DNA from: Azolla caroliniana
Lineage: Eukaryota > Plantae > Polypodiophyta
Length of the DNA: 64,000 bases
Assembly: GCA_043228905.1 (NCBI GenBank)
Contig: JBHGNT010000015.1
Location: 3,038,001-3,102,000, forward strand
Reading direction: 5' to 3'
The position numbers were made by a program, and so were the translations under genes. The notes beneath the pieces were generated by a model. The model was given only the letters and a program-made list of their open reading frames with translations. It ran no database searches and had not been told where the DNA came from. Numbering within the stretch: position 1 is the stretch's first letter; every line of letters begins with the position of its first letter. This document shows, piece by piece, positions 27,211-39,200 of this stretch.

Positions 27211-28683
27211 GTATCTGTAGGAGAACTCATGTCAATTCCCTCCTTTTGCAAAAAGCTTGAGAATTGGTTGAAAAAATACTCTTTTCTGCCATCGGTCCTA
27301 AGGTACTTGATCTTCCGGCCCATCTCCCGTTCGACAAGGCTCTTCACCCACAAGAAAGACTTCGCTTTTCTTCTTGATCAAGCATGCCCAGTTGTGCCGA
27401 GTGTAGTCGTCGATGAAGGTTACAAAGCAACGACTCCCACCTATACTCACATTCTGCGTTGGTTCCCACACATCCGAGTGGATAAAATCGAGCTTGTTTC
27501 GGCTCCGATTATGCTCATTGGGGAATGGAAGTCAGTGATGCTTCCCTAACTGGCAAGCTTCACAAACTTGGCCCTTCCAGCCACTGAATTTTGGCATACC
27601 GAAAATGATGTTCTTCGTTTGCATTTCTCGAAGCCACGGGAAGTTGACATGGCCGAACAGCTTGTGCCACAGGTCGATGTCCGTGTAGACCTTTTGACCG
27701 TTGGTGAACATAGCAGTGCCTACGTCATTCATCTTAAGGATAAACATCCTCCCTTCTCGACGCCTTTTTGTGATGATTTTACCTTCCTCTTCACTAAAGG
27801 ACCCCTGATGAGTGAATCGGACCTACATAGCTTGGTCGACGATTTGATCGATTGACATTAGGTTCTTGGTTATCGTTGGGACATGTAGGACATTCCTCCT
27901 TATCCTTTTTTGGCTGACATGGCTCAAGGGGGCGTCTCTAATGTGTTCAATAGGGTGAGGGGTGTCGTCTCCGGTTTGAATGACCCCTAGCTGTTCCAAC
28001 TTCTCAAGATGGGAGAACCATTCTTCATGGTTCGTCATGTGGTTGGAAGCCCCAGAATCCATATACCACGCCTCGTTCAGCTTCGAGGTGCTCATCTTCA
28101 TCGAGTTGACTTTGTGCTCCATGAAAAATGCAAGGCTTGTTCCGGCTCCTCTTGAGCCTTTAGCATAGTGCGATCTCTGTCGCCTCTTAGAGTCGGCTTT
28201 GCTCAATCCGGCTTTGTCCGAATCAACCTGTTTCTTGCTTGTGGCCCTTTCGACCACAATTCCAGCAATTAGTGGCTTTATTTTGCTAGCTGCTCGTGGC
28301 GGGTCCACTACTATCGGCACCTCCTCTGTGCCTATGGTTTTGCTCTTGTCGGCTGCTACCATTGCGTGCCGATCCACCGCGTCAACCACGACCATGGGGC
28401 CTCTCTGCCTCTGTGTACAACATCTTGTTGTCTGTGTGTATCCTCGTCGATGCACTTGTGTGATTTTCTTCAACCAGGAGCATCGATTTCAACTCAAAGA
28501 AGGATGGGGTATTCTCCCTCATGCAGACCGTCGTCTGGAATGATCCGAACTTCTACACCAAACCACCAAGGTAGACTTGCATCATCTTCTCCTCCTCTTC
28601 AACCATCACGTTGATAGACCCGAGCGAGTCACAGATCTCCTTGATCTTGGAGGTGTAATCAACCACCTTTTGGGAATTGAGGT
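27205..28683 (-). mobile_element. Degenerate copia fragment D (gag-PR-INT)
   Basis: WYMDSGASNHMT, NVLHVPTITKNLMSI, DLWHKLFGHVN, VCEACQLGKHH, IKYLRTDG. Confidence 0.85.
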
Positions 28684-31600
28684 CGTTAGTGCAGAAACAT
28701 TAACAACATCTTGACTTGAAGATCATTGTGTGTACAAGTGAAAGGCAAGATCAAAGAACAGAATGAGAGAGAGAGAGAGAGACAAAGAGTCACACATTGA
28801 TATGTAATAGTTACAAATGAATGGTGGCATTAACCAAGATGAACAACAACAACAACTTTTTAATTAGATTACAAAGCCCGTTATATACTAATTGGGCTAG
28901 GGCAACTACCCTTTGACATATTTACAAAGATGTCCTAAACCTAGACTATCCAAAGGGACAGTGTGAATACGGCCATTAGAGACCCGTATTCGACACTCCC
29001 TCGTAATGGGCATATACACCAAAACTCTGTAAAAGAATAAATTAGAGTTGTCGAACATATCGGTTTTGTTCGAATCAGCAAAATCTGGAAACAAAAGGCC
29101 GAGCCAGTCGGGGTCAAAAGAACTAAAGTCAAGCTTTGAACATATCGGTTTTGCTCGAATCGGCAAAATCCGAAAACAAAAGGCCGAGTCAGAAGAACTA
29201 AAGCCGAGCTTTGAACTATCGATGTCGATTGTCCAAGAACATCGTGAATGGTAATCTGCGACATTATCAGTTGTAGATATCTTCTTGGTGCTGATTTTCC
29301 CTGAAATGATGTAGTCCCGAACGAAGTGATATCGAATGTCCATGTGTTTCGAGGCATTGTGTTGAACCGGATTTTTCGACAGAGGGACAATGTCACAGAC
29401 ATGACAACAATCATGTCAAGATTTGAACTCCTAACCTCTTGTATATAATCAAGTGTTGTGTTCTAACCAACACATCCAAATATATGGTCATGTTATGTAT
29501 ATCTTAGTAGATTATTAGTAGATTATCTATTTCAAGTTCTTGGAGTTTTTAGAAAGTTCTAGAGGGTTCTAGAATATTCTAATGCATGTACTTTGACTCA
29601 CAGTATAAATACTTGTAACCTCCTTGGTCCCTTTTAAGGGATTCAACGCCACTCACTGACACATCAATCTAGTTTTTCTCGTTTCATTCCATATTTTCTC
29701 CTTGATCTTCATATGTGTCTTCATGCGTTTGTATTGTTCCTAGTGCCTTAAGTTCCTCATCTCATCGCTCCCAACTTCCTGAGTTTCTAGCCTCATCACG
29801 TTGAGTTCCACATTCGTAACCTTATTGGTCATGGCCTCGTGTCATTTGTGCTTTGTCTTAGTCTAGTGTTGGTGTGTCTGTGACAGACAACACCGTGTCT
29901 GTCAATGTAGAAAATTGGAGCTTAGCCAAACTTGGCTTGTCGAAACGTGCAAGCCCGTCGACCGAGCCATAAGGCCTCTTTCGCCACGTCGGATGCGGCT
30001 ACGTATTCGACCTCGGTCATTGATGTGGCAATGCACTCCTGAAGTTTCGATTTCCACGAGATCGTGCCATTTCCCAATTTGAAACAATAACCGGTTGTCA
30101 ATTTTCAATTGCCCCCACATCCGGCAAAGTCCGAGTTAGTGTATCCGACTATGCCTGAATAGTCGTTCGGGATGAATAGGACACCAAAGTCTTTTGTGCC
30201 CACAAGGTATCTGAACACATGGTTAACTATGTTCCAATGCAATCGACTGGGATTGTGCATGAATCTGCTGACGAATCCTACAGCGTGAGCAATGTCAATT
30301 TGTGTAGCGACCATCGCTTACATCAAGGAGCCAACTGTCAGTGCATATGGTACCGACTTCTTAACTTCCCCCTCTGAACCAGATGTCGAGCAGTCTCACT
30401 AAGACAGTTGAACGCTAATGGGAAGTGGGGTCGAAGCATATTTGGCTGATTGCATGTTGAAGCGTTCCAAGACACGTCCAATATAGTCGGATTGAGAAAG
30501 AAACAAAGGTCGGCGATTCTGATTCCGACTTATTTTCATGTTGAGAATGTGTCTTGCTGGACCGAGATCCTTCATGGCTAACTTCAACCGCAGTTGCCGA
30601 ACAAGTTCAACGAGCTCTCTGGCATGTCTACCGGAGAGTAGCATGTCGTCCACGTAGATCATGAGGAAGATGGGTGACCCATCTCAAGTTGTTTTCGTGA
30701 AGAGGCAGTGGTCCTCATCGCTCTTGGAGAAGCGAATTGATTGGATGAAGTTGTCGAACCTCTTATACCATTGTCTCAATGCCTGCATTAGGCCGTATAG
30801 ACTCTTCAAAAGTCAGTAGACTAGATGTTCTTGGCCCACTGCCACAAAGACTTTCGGATGCTCCATATAAATTTCCTCCTCTAAGTCACTGTGGAGGAAT
30901 GCCCTTTTTACATCTAGCTGAATCAGCTCCCGATTTTTTGGTAATTCGACCAAGTCCCAAGTTTTGTTTGCCCAAATGGAGTTCATTTCCAACTCCATCA
31001 CCAAATGCCATGTGGCAGATTCGGCTTATGCCAATGCTTCTTTGCATGATGTTGGTTCACTGACATTTGTAAAGAAGATTCCATGAGAGTACCTCTTTAG
31101 GGGTTGCAACAGTCTCTCGGATTTTCGAGGTATGACTAGAGTAGTCGCATCGGGTGTCGGAGTCGGATGGCCCAAAGTCAAATTGTTCGGTTGTGCCGAG
31201 TCGGTTCTAGAGGATTCAGCTACCCGTGAAGCAGACCTCGTGTTATGGGTTGGGCCTTCGTGAAAGGTTGGCACATCTGAAAAGGTAACCCTTCAGAGTT
31301 TAATAGGTCGTTCGACCGTCTTGTGCATATCTCATTGAACACAACGTCAGAACTTGGATGATCTGTTTGTGCTCAGGATCCCAGAGTCGGTATCCGAATT
31401 CACTATCTGGTCCATAACCAAGGAAAATGCATTTCCTAGACCTTGGAATAAGTTTGTGGTGATCGTCTTTCGGTATGAGGGTGTGTGCCTCGCAACCCCG
31501 AAAATCCTCAGCTTGTCATAATTCGGCTTGCTGCCGGTCCATAATTCCTGAGGTACTTGAAGTCCTAGAGGCCTACTTGGCGACATGTTAATTATGTGTG

Positions 31601-33310
31601 CTACCATAAGTAGGGCCTCTGCCCAGAAGCCATCCAACAACCTAGAGTGTTGGAGCATGGAAACTATATGTTCTTGAATTGTCCAATTCATTCGTTCTGC
31701 AATTCCATTTTGCTCCAGAATATAGGGTGCCATATATTCACGTCTAATGCCGCATTGTCGGCAAAATCTAATGAATTCTCCATACTTGAACTCTCCTCCG
31801 TTTACAGTCCGAAGGCATTTTAGTTTTCGACTAGATTGATTTTCTACCATAGCGAGCCATTTGGAAAAGATCGAGAACACCCGATCTTTGGTTTTGATCG
31901 GATAAGCCCACACCTTTCGGGTCGAATCGTCGATAAAACTTACGAAGTACAAGGCACCGCCGAGAGACTGATGTGGCATAGGGCCATAGATGTCTGAGAG
32001 GACCAAATCGAGTGGACTCGATTCTCTTGGTGCTGCTATCAGGTGTGAAGCGGCTATCTGTTGGCCATACTTACAATGCTTGTAGAATTGTTGATCGGAG
32101 AAGGAGAGTTTGGGGATGTATCCGGCTCTAGATAGATGCATTATGGTGGCCTTGTTGATGTGTCTAAGTCATCCATGCCATAGTGATGACACGGGAATAT
32201 CAACCAGGAACAAGTCACCCTCTCTAAGTGTGATATATAGCGGGTACAGAGAACGTACTTTCGGTTCTCAAGCAAGCAAGAGGTTCCCCCTGTGGTCTTC
32301 ATCGTCTTCGTCCAATTTTCCGAATGAGATCGAAGGTCTTGAGAGCTTAGGTACGTGCCAGACATTGTGTAGTACTAATGTAGAACCACCTGGAAGATTA
32401 AGTTCTATTGTGTCGATTCCGATAATAGCACAGTGTTGTGAGTTTCCGACACGGACTGAGTCGGAATGTCGGGTCGAATATTGCCGAAACTGGGATCTGT
32501 GAGGGGTCACATGGTAGGACACACCCGAATCCAAGAGCCATGAGCTCGATTCCTCAATCGTGAGCAGAACTTGTGATTCCATTGGGTTTTCAATGGATAG
32601 TATGTTCGGGTCGTTCAACAATACTTTGAGTGAAGAGCCGACGGAATTGACCTCCTCATGCTGACCACTCTATTTATCTGCTCGCTAAGCCTTATCATTC
32701 ATGGCTTTGAGTGCACGGCAATCAACTTTGATGTGCCCGGGTTTCTTGTAGTAGTTGTAGATTTGATTGTCCCGGGACTTGCTCAGACTTCACTGATTCT
32801 TTGGCTGTCATGAAGAACTTCTTCCTCGACTGTTTGGTCACTCGGAGGAACCTTGTACTACATAAGCTTCATCAGTCGAATCTTTTGCAAATGATTTCCT
32901 CCGAGCTGCTTCACTTAGTATTGCACTCGTAACTTCGGAGTACTTCACAACCGTAGTAGAAGCGTCGCACACAGTTGTGACGAAAGTTTCCCACGAAGGG
33001 GTGAGACTATTCATGACCAACATTGCTCTTAGTTCGTCCTCAATTGTCGTCCCCTAAGCCAAAATTTGGGAGCTTAAGCTTTCGTACTCGTTCAAGTGTG
33101 CATGGACCGAGTCAGATTCTTTCATCCGAAGGTTGTAAAGGCGTCGAATTAGATATATCTTCGTGGCGACGACCTTCTTCTCATAAGTGTGTGATAATGT
33201 CTTCCATAGTTGAAAGGTTGTCAAATACGTTTGCATATGAAGTACACTAACTCCAGCAAGTGCATCCGAATGGTGGCTCAATGTTGTTCGGTCGACAATT
33301 GCTATTTTGC
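28684..33310 (-). mobile_element. Degenerate copia C (gag to RNase H plus 3' LTR ~28684-28995)
   Basis: WKTLSHTYEKKVVATKIYLIRRLY, WLLDSGVSYH, LRTVNGGEF, QLDVKRAFLHSDL, IYVDDML, KHMDIRYHF; PPT-like ACGAGGGAG before minus-strand TGTCGAATA. Confidence 0.85.
29391..29885. mobile_element. Solo LTR
   Basis: 11-bp inverted ends TGTCACAGACA/TGTCTGTGACA; 5-bp TSD GACAA (29386-29390, 29886-29890); splits copia C RNase H. Confidence 0.88.
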
Positions 33311-33638
33311 CGACACAGTATAAGACGAACGTTCGAGTCGAACGTTCTATCAAGAAGTTGTGGTTAGACGGATAGATACGAATTAGCTATAAACTTATTG
33401 GTGATAACAGACACCAAGATCATGACTTATGTAATATAGCTTAAACAGAAATAAACAGATGACAAGAAGTAATCCGTACACAGATATTTCCTAAACAAAC
33501 TTTATATTACTAAATACAACGATAGATTTTTACAATGCCTTCGGTTCCTTTTATAGGTAACCCGAAGGTCTTTTCTCATCAAGAAATCCTACTGCTTATA
33601 CTTGACAAGAATTACAAAACTTCATAACTAACTATGTC

Positions 33639-34863
33639 CTATTTGGCTATTTGCTGAGTCATCGATCCAAACTGTCGATCCGACTCCGAACATCTTTCCG
33701 ATACCGACACATTCATACTTGTCCGGGTAACACTTGGCATGCCCGTGGGCCAGGACGTTGTCCAGCAAACCCACAGGACCTCTTTACCCGTGCTACTCTG
33801 AGGAAAGATCTTCCTCCATCTCCAAATCCTCGTCTGCGTCGTCTTGCAAAATGTCGAATAATGAGGGTTCTGCCTCTTGTGTTGCCATGCCTTCCTCGTC
33901 TTCTTCTTCAGCTTCTGTATCCTCCCCATTGTTGTTTTCCTGTCAGGTTCCTTCCGTCGATGGGCTTGGGTCCGCTTCTGTTCTTGCTTCCGGTGCCCCG
34001 AGTCCAGGTGTTTTGGTAATTCTTTCAGCTTCGATATTGTCTAACTCGACGGATGTCTCAACATCATGCTTGTCGAATTCTTGCATGATTCTATTAATTT
34101 CTTCTTTAAAATAAGTCGTCATGTCGTATAGGTCCTTAGCAATATCTTCTTGAACTGTGGTCATTGCTTCTTCCGACATCTTGAGGAAGCCCTTGCCCTG
34201 AACTTTCCTATTTTCTCTGTCAACTCTTAATAGTTGAAGCTCTGTTGCTTGTGCCAGCCATGTTTGCCAACCCTTCTCTAGCGATTCATTGACCAATTTT
34301 AGGGTGTTAATTCGGTGACGTCTAATGATCGCTTGAACCCTGTCCTGAGTCATTCTAGCCTCAAACTATGATGTTGCCAATGTTTTTCGTAAATCAATGA
34401 TTACCGCATTGGTCTGCCCTTCTGCCTGAATCAACTTAGCTTGGGCCACTAAGAGGTCAAGTCGTCGTTTCTTGGAGACTGTTTGAATTTCTGCACATCG
34501 GTTTTCTAGCGTCGCTTTCTCTTCATTCTAGTTGTTCTGTTGTTGAATAATTTTTTTGTTGATTTCGTTTATCAGTTTGTCTTTACCCGCCAACTGTGTT
34601 GTAAAACAAGTCTCTTGGCTTTTGACATACTCTTCCAGTTCCTCGACTTGTTGCCGTGTAGTCTCTTGATGTTGGGCTAACTGTTGGCATAAATCTTTTA
34701 TTACATTATCCTTTTCCCCTAAAGATCCGCCAGCCGTCGTTTTTGCAGACTATAATTGAACCTCCATTTCCCTAAACTGGTCCTCAGTCTTTTCCGCCTT
34801 AATTTCTGCCTCCCTTAATGCTTGTTCGTCTTGGTACAACCTCTTTTGTAATTCCGAATCCGT
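33639..34863 (-). pseudogene. C-terminal coiled-coil part of gypsy accessory ORF
   Basis: TDSELQKRLYQDEQALREAEIKAEK...MTQDRVQAIIRRH; in frame with 43394-43619; a few stops. Confidence 0.7.
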
Positions 34864-35944
34864 TGTCGTGCCTTTCGGCTCCGGATCGTTGCGTGAGTCG
34901 GGTGGGAACCGCTGGGGTTTTGGACTAGGAAGAGGAGAGTTTTAAGGCTAATAAGAATATAAATATGTTGTAAGAAAGAGTTATAGCAAACTCGTGAATC
35001 CCACGAGTGTATTGTATTAGATTAATCAATGTGAATATAAGAATATAAACTTCGGTTGAAAGAGAATGATATAGAATTCTCGTGAATCCCACGAGTATAG
35101 TTTATTAATTGGTGTTTTTTAGAAACATATCCAGTTTCCAAATATTTTTCACACACCTATTACATTGTGCTCCCCATCCTTATGTAGTGATGGGAGAGAC
35201 TAAGCATAACTACATGCTTTTTTAATCCTTGCTTTTATTTGCTAAATATAGTGCTCATGCACGCTAGATGTGCATGAGTCACTTTTTAGTTGCTTGCGTT
35301 TTTCTATAAAATATTCACGCACTCTAAAAATGCATGATTTACCTTTTTAATAAAGGTAGGCGCAAATAAAGCACTTATAGTTATTAAATCTATTTATAGA
35401 ACACTAAAGATAAGGTAGCATAATGGTAAAGTTGAGATTTGGCTACGTGGAGGTACAAGGTTCAAATCTTGCCCTATGCACGTGATAAATATCTTGATAT
35501 TCTTATTTTATTTATTGGTGATAAATATCTTGATATTCTTATTTTATTTATTTATATGTAATTAAATCGGTTATATTATTTTTACTTTTTTCACGTAGTG
35601 TACGAAATACACTACGACACTCGCCCCCTCCGAACCCGCACATCCTCCGGTATGTGCCGAAGTTGCCGATGCTCGTTGTCTCCCCTTCATCCTCCGTTTG
35701 TCCCGCTATGTCAACTTTGTCTCTCCATTTTGAGTAGACCCATTCTTTCCACCCGAACCATTGTCGCCATCCGATCCACCATATTCTTTGTTCATTCTTT
35801 GCATTGCCATGAGTGGTTGTCATGGTCCCTTGTGGTACTCTTGAGCATCTCGGTGTGTTGTCTCTCTCCACTCCGCGCTTGTCTTCCGTAGGTTCTACCC
35901 ACGCGTCGATGTCGACCTCCGAATACGCGCTCGCTGTTAGGTCC

Positions 35945-36160
35945 TTGTGCGGCTTTAATGCATGCTTTATTTCTCGATGTTGCGCATGCGTCGTATTAGG
36001 CCGTAGCGCATGCTTCGTATTCCATCGTAGTGCATGCGCCGTATTACCCCGTAGTGCATACTTATTTTTGCACCGTAGCGCGTGCTTCTTTTTGCGCCGT
36101 AGCGTGTGCTTCTCTTTACGCCGTAGCACGTGCTTCTTTTGGTGCCGTAGTGCGTGCTCC
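35945..36160 (-). repeat. Nine coding 24-bp tandem repeats (KHALRRKK-type)
   Basis: EHALRHQK KHVLRRKE KHTLRRKK KHALRCKN KYALRGNT AHALRWNT KHALRPNT THAQHREI KHALKPHK. Confidence 0.85.
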
Positions 36161-36277
36161 GTATTACATGCTTCTCCCATCGTAGACCCGACCTTCGCGT
36201 TGTCATGCTTTTGTTTACATCGGAATTTCAGACGGATCATCTTCCATCCGAACCGGCTTCCGACTTTACCTTCCTTG

Positions 36278-39200
36278 TGTTGGGATTTCGGTCCCTCCGG
36301 ATGGGATGTCCGGAGATGAATGACGGCAAGCCCGGAGGCTGTTACGGAACCGTAGGATGAAGAGTACCCGGCATGAAGCCGGATGAAGAGTACCAGGTTA
36401 CGGAGCCGGATGATGAAGACCCCGGTTACGGAGCCGGATGCTGAAGACCCCGGCTACGGAGCCGGATGACGAATGTACCCGGTGAGAGAGATCCGGATGC
36501 GGGGACATATTTGTGAATATGTTTGCCAAGAGCCCTTGTGGTTATATTTGTAAATAGCCCGAAAGTCATATGTGTATAAATATGACTTAGGGCAAACAGT
36601 ATAGAAGGTTGTTGTTGCTCATTTTTCCCATGCGAAGTGAGAGCAGCCGAGAGAGAGAGAGAGAGATAGAGCGCGAGAGAGAGACGAAGAGGTAGACGCC
36701 TCTGTGTACTTCCGCCGCCTGTGGCGAGGACAGCGAGCTCAAGGTTGTTGCCTTGCAGCTCGCCATTGTATATTTCTCTGTGCATAGTTTGGTTCGGAGT
36801 CTCGCACTCCCGTGGTTTTTTTCCCGTATAGGGTTTTTCCACGTTAATCCCTGTGTATCGCGTCTTTCTCTGTATTTCCTATTTTCTGCTACATTGATCC
36901 GCGATTACTCGGCTGTGGCCGAGTGAAGAAGGTGAATCCAAGCGGTGATTTCCTTTCAAACTGGTATCAGAGCGACTGTTGCGGAAAATGGAAGGCGGCG
37001 GCAGCGGGCAGCCGATGATGATGGTGCTGAATGCACAGAATTACGCCGACTGGAAGATCAAGATGGAGGATCTTCTGATTGTTCGGGACCTGTACGAACC
37101 GATTGACAGGTCGGAAATACCGAAAGGGGTACTTGAGTCGGAGTGGAAGCTCCTGAACCGGAAAGCCGTAGCGACGATCCGACAATATGTCGACGTAAGC
37201 GTCCTACAACATGTGGCGAACGACACCAACGCATACGAAATGTGGAAGAAGCTGTCGGGCCTCTATGAGAGGAAGAATGCGCTGAACCGGACCTCCCTGA
37301 TGAGGAAGATTGTGAATCTCAAGTACCGGGACGGCGAGAGTATGGTGGAACACGTAAGTACGTTCATGGGATTCGTGAACCAGCTTGCGGCGATCAAGTT
37401 CCCGTTGGAGGATGCAATGCAAGCCATCATCCTGATGTGTACATTGCCGGACAGCTGGGAGAACTTGGTGGTGACTCTCAGCACCTCCTGCACGGAAGAC
37501 AACTTGTCCCTACAAACGGTAAAGACAAGTATTTTGAACGAAGAAGCGCGTCGGAGAGATAAAGAACCGGCCTCCGACTCGAAGGCGCTGCTTGCCGAAT
37601 CGGAACGGGGAAGACAATGGAACCGGAGTCCGCAAAGACGGGAGAAGTCGGGGACCCGGTCGCAGTCAAGAGGAAGACCCACATGCTTCCACTGTGGGAA
37701 GCCGGGGCACTTCCGGAAGAATTGTCGGCATTACCGAAAAGACAACGGAGCCGACGACACCGATTCGAAGAAATCACCGGAGAGAAACGGTGCATACCGG
37801 GGAGCCACGGACCGGAGAGGTCCGGATCGGCGAGGGCAGGACCGGAAAGGAACGACGGCACTCGCGGCAAGTGAAGAAGAGATAATGCTTATTACCGAAG
37901 AGAGGGAGCTGAACCTTGCCGGTGTAGAGATGACCTGGGTGGTCGATTCCGGAGCGTCGTTCCACCTGACCCCGGAGAAGAAATACTTCTCATCCTACAC
38001 AGCCGGTGAGCACGGCTGTGTCCGGATGGGAAATGAAGGTACGTGCCGGATAGCCGGCATAGGAGACGTGTGGCTGATGACATCAACCGGATGCAAGATG
38101 CTGCTGAAGGATGTGCGACACGTTCCGGAGGTCCGATTGAACCTGATCTCGGCCGGGAGGCTAGATGATGAAGGCTACACGGGTAGCATCCGGAACGGCG
38201 TAATGAAGTTCAGCAAGGGGAGCCTGATAGTGGCTCGGGCCCGGAAGGTCAACACTCTGTACCTAATGAATGCCCGGTTATGTCCGGAAGAGCTGAATGT
38301 AGCAGCCGACACTGCCGGTGAGCTGTGGCACAAAAGACTGTGCCACATGAGTGAGAAGGGGATGAAGAGGCTTGCAGAAGACAACCTTATTCCAGTGAAG
38401 CATGTGCACCTGGAGAAGTGCACCGACTGCCTGGCCGGTAAGCAAAACCGGACCTCCTTCCACTCAAGGCCACCGACGAGACGTAGCGCACCCTTGGAGC
38501 TGGTGCACACTGATGTGTGTCAGGTAGAAACGAAGTCACATGGCGGAGCCCAGTACTTCGTGACATTCATTGATGATCACAGCCGGAAGCTGTGGACGGC
38601 ACCGTTGAAGACAAAGGACCAAGTATTGTCCGTCTTCAAAGAACTCCACGCGAGAGTGGAAAGGGAATCCGGCAAGAAGCTGAAAGCGATACGAGCGGAT
38701 AACGGAGGGGAATACCGGGGGCAGTTCCAGGAGTACTGTCGCTCGAAGGGAATCCGGCTCGAGTTTACTGTGCCGAAGACGCCGGAACTAAACGGGCTGG
38801 CCGAGAGGATGAACCGGACCATAATGGAGAGGGTCCGGAGTATGCTGGCGCATGCGAAATTACCCAAGGGGTTTTGGGCTGAGGCAATGTCGACGGCGAC
38901 GTACGTGATAAACAGATCACCCTCAGTACCTTTGGACGGAGACACGCCGCAGAAAGTGTGGACCGGTAAGGAAGTGTCCTACCGGCATCTGAAGGTGTTC
39001 GGGTGTCTCGCATACGTGCATGTGGCAAAGGACCGGAGAGGAAAGCTAGATCCAAAGACCCGGCCATGCATATTCCTCGGTTACGGCGACGACGAGTTCG
39101 GCTACCGAGTATGGGACCCGGTGGACAAGAAGATATTCAGGAGGCGAGACATCATCTTCATGGAGGACAAGACACTCGCCGACTGGGAGTCGGAGAAGAA

